Source of the DNA: a virus | Lineage: Duplodnaviria; Heunggongvirae; Uroviricota; Caudoviricetes | DNA: 64,000 nt | Virus record (IMG/VR): IMGVR_UViG_2713896899_000007 | Coordinates: 7,041-71,040 of that record | Strand: one strand, 5' to 3' | Part shown: in pieces, positions 56,782 through 64,000 of the stretch | Layout: each line of letters begins with the position of its first letter | How positions within the stretch are numbered: the first letter of the stretch is position 1 | Notes under the pieces: model-generated | What the model was told of the DNA's origin: nothing | Databases searched by the model: none | The model's input: only the letters and a program-made list of their open reading frames with translations | Made by a program: the position numbers and the translations under genes

Positions 56782-57924
56782 TTACAGGTCTGCAAACTGG
56801 CTTAGAGAAGCCTTATCCACAGTAGAATCGATCTGACCTACCAGATATGTGCTTTGCTCTGCCTCTTGTGGTGCAATTTGCAGTGTGTCGGTTAACAACC
56901 ACTTGTTCATCCAGACCAGCGGATCGGTGGTAACCTCTGGAAATAAAGCCTTCAGGCCAAGACGATTCATAGCCAGATTGGTGCGGTATTTTACATAGGT
57001 CTTCAGAATATCCGCGTTTAAACCAATCATCGAACCGTCTTTGAAGAGATAGTCTGCCCAGTTCATTTCTTGTTCGGCGACTGATTTCATGGTGTCGTAA
57101 ATGACGTTTTCTTCATCAGCAGCAATCTCTTTCCACAATAAACCTTCGCGACCGGTACGCATGAAGCGGATCATGCGTTCAGTTCCTTCGCAATGCAGAG
57201 CTTCATCACGGGCAATAAAGCGCATAATTTTGGTGTTACCCTCAAGCAACTTCCGTTCGCCAAAGGCAAACGTACATGCAAAACTTACATAGAAACGGAT
57301 CGCCTCAAGCGCATTAATGGACACCAACGTGCGGAAAAGCTGACGGTGCAAAGGGTATGGCTCCCAGCCATATTCATTTACGTACAGACGTTCAAACTCC
57401 TTCTCACCTAACGACTGGCGCTCGCAGGTCATCCCATAAAGCCTGTCATATTCAGCAGAGATACTGATCGCTCGGTTGATGATTTCTTCATCCGTAACAA
57501 TACCGTCAAAAACAATGCTCGGATCGTCCACCATGCCACGAATAATGTGGGTGTAGCTGCGGCTATGGATAGTCTCAGAGAAAGACCATGTTTCAACCCA
57601 CGTTTCCAGTTCAGGAATAGAGATAAGCGGCAGCAACGTTGCATTTGGGCTACGTCCCTGAACTGAATCGAGTAACGTTTGATAACGGAGATTGCTCAGA
57701 AAAATGTGACGTTCGTGGTCCCGCAGCTTCGTGTTGAAGTCGATACGATCGCTCGAAATATCAACTTCTTCCGGCCGCCAGAAGAAAGACAATTGACGTT
57801 CAATCAACTTTTCAAAATCACGGTATTTTTGCTGATCGTAACGTGCCACGTTGACAGATTGTCCGAGGAACATAGGCTCTTTGGTTGCATCATTAGCACC
57901 CAAACGGAACGTTGAATATGACAT
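56782..57924 (-). CDS. nrdB: ribonucleotide reductase class Ia beta subunit
   Basis: [34 protein letters not shown]... closely parallels E. coli NrdB. ATG 57924. Confidence 0.95.
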   Translation of the reverse strand: MSYSTFRLGANDATKEPMFLGQSVNVARYDQQKYRDFEKLIERQLSFFWRPEEVDISSDRIDFNTKLRDHERHIFLSNLRYQTLLDSVQGRSPNATLLPLISIPELETWVETWSFSETIHSRSYTHIIRGMVDDPSIVFDGIVTDEEIINRAISISAEYDRLYGMTCERQSLGEKEFERLYVNEYGWEPYPLHRQLFRTLVSINALEAIRFYVSFACTFAFGERKLLEGNTKIMRFIARDEALHCEGTERMIRFMRTGREGLLWKEIAADEENVIYDTMKSVAEQEMNWADYLFKDGSMIGLNADILKTYVKYRTNLAMNRLGLKALFPEVTTDPLVWMNKWLLTDTLQIAPQEAEQSTYLVGQIDSTVDKASLSQFADL

Positions 57925-57950
57925 GTGTTTTTCCTTTTGCTTTTTGATGT

Positions 57951-57987
57951 GTTTAAACAAGTTGTTATCTTATTTGTTTAAACAAGG
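57951..57987 (-). promoter_or_regulatory. conserved early promoter/leader element
   Basis: Minus strand reads CCTTGTTTAAACAAATAAGATAACAACTTGTTTAAAC. Confidence 0.5.
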
Positions 57988-58029
57988 CTTACAAATCAAA
58001 GAGAAGGTGGGGATATACCCCACCATATG

Positions 58030-60345
58030 TCAGATTTTGCAGGCTCCGTCGCACTCATCTTCTGGCTCGACGGCAACAGCTTGCGTAAGTGGATTCTTCG
58101 GTTCGTCGTCATCACGCTTTCCTGCCCCATCTCTGGTGTTGTGGTAGTAAAGCGTTTTAACTCCCATCTTGTAGGCGAGAAGCAAATCTGACAGTAGCGT
58201 CATCATTGGGACTTTATCGCCTTCAAAGCGAGAAGGGTCATAGTTGGTATTGGCTGAAATAGCCTGGTCAAAGAACTTCTGGATGATCGCCACCTTTGTC
58301 AGATAGCCGCGGTTGTCCGGCATATCCCACAGGTATTCATACTGTTCCTTCAGTTTTTCAAACTCAGGCACGACCATCTTAACGATGCCGTCCTTAGAAG
58401 ATTTCACCGACACCGGTCCACGAGGCGGTTCGATGCCGTTGGTGGAATTAGTGATCTGGCTGGAAGTCTCGCATGGCATTTGTGCCGTCAGTGTGGAGTT
58501 GCGAAGACCGTATTTTGCAATACGTTCACGCAGTTCTTCCCACGGCATCTTTAACTCAAAGTTGGTTTCGCCACTTTCGTCTAATGAAGAACGGTAATGG
58601 TCGATCGGCAACTGACCAATTGCGTACTTGGTCTGCTCAAACCAGTCACACTCACCTTTTGCTTCAGCAAGTCGGCAGCTGGCATCAAGAAGGTAATACT
58701 GGATAGCTTCGAACGTTTCATGCACCAGTTTATTGCCAGCGGTATCAGAATAACGAACGCCATTCTTTGCCAGGTAATAAGCAAAGTTGGTTACACCGAT
58801 TCCCAGGCTACGACGAGCTTTGGCAGGCACTTCAGCTGCCTCCATCGGATAGTCTTGATAATCCAGTAACGAATCCAGTGCAGCAACGGCATAGAACGCC
58901 ACCTCTTTAAGAGACTCCAGTGAACGGATGGCTCCGAGGTTAAAAGCAGATAGAGTACACAACGCGATCTCACCGTTCGGGTCGTCGGTAAATGTCAGTG
59001 GACGGGTGGGTAGGGTGATCTCCATACACAGGTTTGACTGGCGGACAGGTGCAAGAGCAGGAATGAAAGCGCCATGCTCGTTAATATGATCGACGTTCGC
59101 AATATAAATTCGGCCCGTGGACGCTCGTTCCTGCATCAGAGATGAGAACAGCTCAATGGCAGGTACTGACTTCTTGCGAATTGAATCATCGGCTTCGTAT
59201 TTATGGTACAGCTTTTCAAACAGATCCTGGTCTGTGAAGAAGGCTTCGTACATATCAGGCACATCATGCGGGCTGAACAGAGTGATGTTCTCGCTTCTGA
59301 CGAGTCGACGGTACATTAGACGGTTACTCATGACGCCGTAATCAAGATGGCGAACGCGGTTTTCATCAATACCACGGTTATTTTTCACCACCAGCAGACT
59401 TTCAACTTCAAGATGCCAGATCGGGTAAAACGCTGTTGCTGCGCCACCACGAACACCACCTTGCGAACAAGATTTAACAGCAGTCTGGAAATGCTTCAGG
59501 AATGGAATAACTCCGGTATGGGTGGCTTCACCATTGCGGATCTCGCTGCCAAGCGCACGGATACGGCCAAAACCAATACCAATTCCAGCACGACGTGAAA
59601 CGTAGTCGATAATTGCGGCTGAAGCTGCACTAATACCTTTCAGACTATCGCCAGACTCAATCAGCACACAACTGGAGAACTGACGGGTTGGAGTACGGAC
59701 GCCGGCCATGATTGGTGTGGGCAGAGACAGTTTGAACGTACTTGTAATGTCATAGAAACCTTTGACCATCTCCATACGTGTTTTGCCCGCGCAGTCGTCT
59801 TCCCAATTCTGGAACAGACACATGCCAACCAGCATATAGATATGTTGCGGACCTTCGTGAATCTCACCAGTAACACGGTTTTGTACGAGATATTTGCTTT
59901 GCAGCTGCACCGTAGCCGCATAGCCAAAAAGATCGTCACGTTTAGGCTTAATGTAATTGCCGAGTTCTTCGATCTCTTCAAACGAATAATGTGTCAGCAA
60001 ATCCTTGTCATAAACGCCCTTGTTAACGTTCTTGACAATGTGTTGGTAGAAGTTCGGATAGTCGTAACGACCGAAGGCATCTTTGCGGATTTTAAAAATG
60101 TTCAGGCGGGCAGCCACCTGTGAGTAATTTGGTGCTTCTGGTGAGATCAAATCAGCGGCAGATTTAACCAAAGCCTCATGCAACTGGCTGGTGGTCATCC
60201 CATCAAAAATGCTGGCCACAGCTCCCATTGCTACAGCGGATGCGCTTACGCCACGAATGCCTTCTACGCCATACATTACGACGCGGTTGTATTTTTCTTC
60301 GGATAACGGCTCTGTTTGGCCGTTACGTTTTACGATGCTTATCAT
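58030..60345 (-). CDS. nrdA: ribonucleotide reductase class Ia alpha subunit
   Basis: 771 aa with an ATP-cone N-terminus, the NLCMEI motif and a C-terminal CDGACKI. Confidence 0.95.
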   Translation of the reverse strand: MISIVKRNGQTEPLSEEKYNRVVMYGVEGIRGVSASAVAMGAVASIFDGMTTSQLHEALVKSAADLISPEAPNYSQVAARLNIFKIRKDAFGRYDYPNFYQHIVKNVNKGVYDKDLLTHYSFEEIEELGNYIKPKRDDLFGYAATVQLQSKYLVQNRVTGEIHEGPQHIYMLVGMCLFQNWEDDCAGKTRMEMVKGFYDITSTFKLSLPTPIMAGVRTPTRQFSSCVLIESGDSLKGISAASAAIIDYVSRRAGIGIGFGRIRALGSEIRNGEATHTGVIPFLKHFQTAVKSCSQGGVRGGAATAFYPIWHLEVESLLVVKNNRGIDENRVRHLDYGVMSNRLMYRRLVRSENITLFSPHDVPDMYEAFFTDQDLFEKLYHKYEADDSIRKKSVPAIELFSSLMQERASTGRIYIANVDHINEHGAFIPALAPVRQSNLCMEITLPTRPLTFTDDPNGEIALCTLSAFNLGAIRSLESLKEVAFYAVAALDSLLDYQDYPMEAAEVPAKARRSLGIGVTNFAYYLAKNGVRYSDTAGNKLVHETFEAIQYYLLDASCRLAEAKGECDWFEQTKYAIGQLPIDHYRSSLDESGETNFELKMPWEELRERIAKYGLRNSTLTAQMPCETSSQITNSTNGIEPPRGPVSVKSSKDGIVKMVVPEFEKLKEQYEYLWDMPDNRGYLTKVAIIQKFFDQAISANTNYDPSRFEGDKVPMMTLLSDLLLAYKMGVKTLYYHNTRDGAGKRDDDEPKNPLTQAVAVEPEDECDGACKI

Positions 60346-60390
60346 GTATCACCAAATAAAGAGGGCCACTAAATATAGTGGCCCATGTTA

Positions 60391-60410
60391 ATAGATAAGC
60401 ACTTACCTAT
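60391..60410. repeat. TAAGTA-type palindrome ATAGATAAGcaCTTACCTAT
   Basis: Near-perfect arms between the RuvC-like stop and the nrdA start. Confidence 0.55.
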
Positions 60411-60418
60411 CAATGAAA

Positions 60419-60988
60419 TCAAATGAGAGACTTAAGAACATCGCGCACCTGGCGGAACTGATCCGTTTGCATACCGGTATGGATGGCAGCCACCGCATCA
60501 GCCAAATGTTCGTTTTTGTTCACGAGAACATCCTGTCCAGATTGCTTACGACGCAGCCACGGTGCTTTAGGGTGTTTTTTCGTAGCCCACTGGATAATCT
60601 CTTCTTTCGATGTAGTAAGTTTATTGCCGACAAAATGCTTAATTTCGTTTGGAGTAACCTGGATCAATGGCTTATCCACACACGCAAGTACACCGATACA
60701 AATACCGTAAGACGTCTGCGAACGAGAGTTTTGGCTCCCAACCGGTAGCTCACAAAAAACCATATTTGCCTTATCAATGATTGGCTTCGCAACACGCCAT
60801 ATTTCACTGGCCCGGCGCAGATCGTCACTGTTCACACGAACGGTCTTTTTGTTACTCCCCGCTTTAGTCTCAACAAGAGTAAGGCCGTTAATCTCAAGTT
60901 CGTCCGTCTCAAGGTCTAAAGTGCCCACAGCAAGCCCAAAGTTGCTCATTGAGGGATCAACACCAACTACGCTGATTTTTTTACTCAT
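60419..60988 (-). CDS. RuvC-like Holliday junction resolvase
   Basis: VGVDPS..., ...CELP... and NEHLADAV acidic motifs in RuvC order. Confidence 0.65.
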   Translation of the reverse strand: MSKKISVVGVDPSMSNFGLAVGTLDLETDELEINGLTLVETKAGSNKKTVRVNSDDLRRASEIWRVAKPIIDKANMVFCELPVGSQNSRSQTSYGICIGVLACVDKPLIQVTPNEIKHFVGNKLTTSKEEIIQWATKKHPKAPWLRRKQSGQDVLVNKNEHLADAVAAIHTGMQTDQFRQVRDVLKSLI

Positions 60989-60997
60989 ATAGTCTCC

Positions 60998-61741
60998 TTA
61001 CCATGTTCCCCATATAGGGTTTTCCAATAATCTCGCCTCCAACGAATTGGCTACTATTGCCGTTTGCAACGTTGGTTGGGGATAGTTTGTAAAACCTGAA
61101 TACTCATTTTCCTGCGTGACAAGTTTATCTGCGGCATGTTTAACGCCACTTGCTATGAAATGACGCATGATACCCAACAGCCTCCGACTGTCTGCACTAT
61201 CGTTTGCTAAAACATGAGGGAGCTGAAGTTCGATTTCTACCATTTCTCCATACTTACCAATAAACTGTAGTTTGTCCGCACTGTACTTTTTATCCCTCCT
61301 TTGGATAAGGAAATCAGTAAAAGCATCACCTGGCGATGCCAAACTATCCACCCGCTTATTGGCAAGTCGAATAAGGTTCGTGAAAGCCATACAGTGATGC
61401 GCCCCCATTCCCCCAAAGAACCCTTCGCTATTAATGTTAAGATCTTCAGTTTCATGGGATGCAATAAACCCAGGCCCGACGTTGGGAAGATATCCCCCCT
61501 CAACAAAAGGATTAATCAGGATCGGCGCAATACATCCAGGTGGTAGTGATTTCAAACTTTGCATCAATGGTGTCTCGGATATTAGACCAAGCAACGCGGC
61601 GAATTGTACTCCGTCAATATTGTTGCTGCCCCACAGAATACGTGGAGCCGCACCATTGGAAGTATGCCCATTGATCAGTTTTATCGACTGCATCACTGCA
61701 AATACCTGCAAAAACTGCGAGCGGCTTAATTTAAACGACAT
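60998..61741 (-). CDS. hypothetical protein
   Basis: 247 aa ORF overlapping the upstream stop. Confidence 0.55.
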   Translation of the reverse strand: MSFKLSRSQFLQVFAVMQSIKLINGHTSNGAAPRILWGSNNIDGVQFAALLGLISETPLMQSLKSLPPGCIAPILINPFVEGGYLPNVGPGFIASHETEDLNINSEGFFGGMGAHHCMAFTNLIRLANKRVDSLASPGDAFTDFLIQRRDKKYSADKLQFIGKYGEMVEIELQLPHVLANDSADSRRLLGIMRHFIASGVKHAADKLVTQENEYSGFTNYPQPTLQTAIVANSLEARLLENPIWGTW

Positions 61742-63647
61742 AGCTGCGCCCCTCTTTAACTTCCAGCGTAATAGTTTCCCGGAACCATGACTTCATCTCT
61801 TTATGGGAGATAATCAGCACAGTACCTCGCTCGCGAGCTTTGGACTCCAGAATACCCATGAGGCGTTCAAGACCGGCTGTATCGAGTGCATCGTCAATTT
61901 CGTCGCCGATAAACAAATCGATGTTTTTACTCGCCCGGTTACTAACCAGATCCTGCAATGCCAAAGAACACGCAATGCGAACCTTCCGCTTCTCACCACC
62001 AGAGAGGGTCTGGAACGACTTACTTGAACCTTTCTTCTGCACACTAATGTTGAATTTGTCGCGATACTCACCTTTTTTAGTGACATCCATCGTCGACCAC
62101 TCAGCAGTAATATTCCCGTCAGACAACGTATTGAGATACTCAGCTGTACGTGTATTCAGGAAAGGCGTAACAGACGTCAAAATATGAGAACGCCCCCCGG
62201 CAGGAGAGTAGACCTGACGAGCTTTTTCCAATAGCAACGTTTGTTCCTGAATAGCCTTCAACTCATCTTTTAAGGACTTGAAGGTAGACTTACTGGATGC
62301 CAGGTTATCTTCGTGTCTGGCGATAAGTGCAATAAACGGATTAACCTCTTTTGAGATACGATCTACCTCTGCACGAGCACGAGTAACAAGAGACTCAATA
62401 GCAACAACCTCCTTCTCACGATGACGCAAAGATGAGAGTTGTTTAGTAAGCTCCTCAATCCGGGCAATGATAGCCGTTACATCAGGTGTCGTTTTAACAA
62501 GGGCAGACTCAATGCTTAACGCTTTCTCAAGATTCGTTTTGTGTTTAGCCATTGCCTCTGCAAGTGTCTTCGCCTGACCAATTTCCTGACGTGCTTGTTC
62601 AATGAAATTCTCCTTCACCGTTGATAGATCTTCTTCGCAGTAGGCTTTGCCACAAGTAGGGCATGGCGATCCCACTTTAGTGCCAACCTCTTCTGCTTTA
62701 GTCTTAAAATTGCGCGCGCGGCTCATTGCATCAGCCTGACTATTTTCTGTAGCTTTGATGCTTGCCCGAATATCAGTTATCGCACCACGCACTTTGAGCA
62801 ACTTGGCGTCATGTTCTTCTTTTGAGGCTAACTTTTTGCGCTCACTTTCGATTGCCTTCTCGGTATCACGGATCTGTTCGGGAAGAGTGCGGATCTCAAG
62901 TTCAACTTCCGTTAACTCAACTTCGGCACTTGCCAGCCCAGCCAAGGCATCGTCATAACGTTTAGAACGCTCTTGTTCCCATGATTCAGAGGAGGCTTTC
63001 GCGGACTCAATTTCTGACTGTGTTGCCTCAATGGTCGAGATTGTCGACTCCAATTTGGTTTTAACCACATCCATACGTGCGGCAGCTGCATTAGCTCGCT
63101 CACGAGCAATAGCGTAGGCGCGTGTCAGTCTGTCAACGCCAGCGGCTTCTTCTACGATGGTTTTGAGGTTTTTGTCGGACATTCCAGGTAAATCTGGCAT
63201 AGCTTCTTGGCTCGCATAGATGGAAGCCATGAAAACCTCTTTAGATGCACCGATCAGACGCTCGACGAACTCCTGCGTCAGCGCATCTTTGCCTTTCGTC
63301 ATATCGCCATCTTCACCACGAACGATAAGACGATTTTTGAACTCTTTGTGTTTACGGTGACGAATGATCGCATATCTCTTGCCTTCATCCTCGATGGTTA
63401 CTGCAACACGACAGTTCTTTTCATGGTCGGTAGACAACACATCGTCACCCTTCACACTATGAGCTGTTTCGCCATAAAGACACCACATCAGGCTATTCAT
63501 TAGAGTTGACTTTCCAGAGCCATTACTTGATGCGGAACTATCATCACTATTAACGCCCTGAATTAGCACTAAACCACGCTGATCTAACTCGACCTCCGCG
63601 CTGGCGATAGCCATAAAATTCTCAACCTGGAGCTTTAAAAACTTCAT
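61731..63647 (-). CDS. Rad50/SbcC-like recombination ATPase
   Basis: Walker A NGSGKST, long coiled coil with a CPTCGK zinc hook, signature LSGGEKRKV, Walker B LFIGDEID. Confidence 0.85.
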   Translation of the reverse strand: MKFLKLQVENFMAIASAEVELDQRGLVLIQGVNSDDSSASSNGSGKSTLMNSLMWCLYGETAHSVKGDDVLSTDHEKNCRVAVTIEDEGKRYAIIRHRKHKEFKNRLIVRGEDGDMTKGKDALTQEFVERLIGASKEVFMASIYASQEAMPDLPGMSDKNLKTIVEEAAGVDRLTRAYAIARERANAAAARMDVVKTKLESTISTIEATQSEIESAKASSESWEQERSKRYDDALAGLASAEVELTEVELEIRTLPEQIRDTEKAIESERKKLASKEEHDAKLLKVRGAITDIRASIKATENSQADAMSRARNFKTKAEEVGTKVGSPCPTCGKAYCEEDLSTVKENFIEQARQEIGQAKTLAEAMAKHKTNLEKALSIESALVKTTPDVTAIIARIEELTKQLSSLRHREKEVVAIESLVTRARAEVDRISKEVNPFIALIARHEDNLASSKSTFKSLKDELKAIQEQTLLLEKARQVYSPAGGRSHILTSVTPFLNTRTAEYLNTLSDGNITAEWSTMDVTKKGEYRDKFNISVQKKGSSKSFQTLSGGEKRKVRIACSLALQDLVSNRASKNIDLFIGDEIDDALDTAGLERLMGILESKARERGTVLIISHKEMKSWFRETITLEVKEGRSYVV

Positions 63648-63927
63648 ATAACACCTTTGATACCGTGTGTTAGCTTTTGACCTTCTTTCAATCTGAACTC
63701 CGTATGCGCCGGGAAGGATCTGCGTCTCAATACGCCTTTTCTTGTTAACCTTCCAAGATAAAACGCTACGGGATTTCCTTGTGGCGGGTAGGGCTTGTGA
63801 AACATCACCGTCTGGCCTCGTTCAAGTCTTTTCATCGTGATGGCAAAGTCTCGAAAGCTCCCATAACGACTTTGCCTCACACAGCCTCCGAACTCTCCGC
63901 TTCGGTGAGGATTTCCTGACACAAAAT
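63644..63927 (-). pseudogene. 3' fragment of a gene truncated by IS insertion (position of the SbcD/Mre11 partner)
   Basis: The reading frame is ATGA-coupled to the Rad50-like start. It has only a GTG at the junction, and the IS end begins at 63928. Confidence 0.5.
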
Positions 63928-64000
63928 GGATTTGCCCCTATATTTCCAGACACCTGTTATCACTTAACCCATTACTGGCCTGCTGCCGCAGATATTCCCG
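63928..64000. mobile_element. IS2-like (IS3 family) terminal sequence, runs off right edge
   Basis: tggatttgcccctatatttccagacacctgttatcacttaacccattac...ctgccgcagatattcccg matches my recollection of the IS2 end with a few mismatches. Confidence 0.7.

Noticed and set aside
1-64000. tRNA, rRNA or tmRNA genes.
   Set aside because: Reading by eye, I saw no cloverleaf-compatible segment with a GTTCGAATC-type T-loop. A tRNAscan-SE run would be the proper check.

Overview
Almost the whole window is one large temperate-siphovirus-type element with Escherichia-like sequence, and most genes are on the minus strand.

Layout:
- 1-19 kb: lambda-like tail tip genes (J, I, K, L, M), tape measure, G/G-T chaperones, major tail, connectors, Ig-decorated head genes, capsid, scaffold, portal, TerL and TerS.
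- 19-24 kb: a translationally coupled ParB-ParB-ABC ATPase-GNAT-wHTH operon and a divergent SF2 helicase.
- 24-28.2 kb: an AT-rich plus-strand accessory island of unknown function.
- 28.3-33.5 kb: single-gene promoter/terminator cassettes, two clusters of 22-bp-phased iterons, and a 1.4 kb gene-free, strongly G+T-skewed stretch.
- 33.5-38.2 kb: intact host metG and mrp/apbC embedded in the phage backbone. Next to them is a diverged second copy of the metG 3' end. An HD (SpoT-like) hydrolase gene and a LexA-boxed UmuD'/HumD-like gene flank them.
- 38-64 kb: early and DNA-metabolism genes. These include Toprim, Ea22-like and DUF551 genes, a second HD paralog, two DNA methyltransferases, TerB, RNase H, a DEDDh exonuclease, a kinase, DHFR, ThyA, an NTP-PPase, NrdB/NrdA, a RuvC-like gene and a Rad50/SbcC-like gene.
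- The right edge is an IS2-like end that truncates a gene.

Three families of conserved intergenic DNA motifs run through the element.

The gene content (siphovirus morphogenesis plus nrdAB/thyA/folA/rnhA/ParB) matches what I recall of SSU5/pHCM2/pMT1-type phage-plasmids. I cannot verify that without a database search.

No rRNA, tRNA or CRISPR array was recognised.
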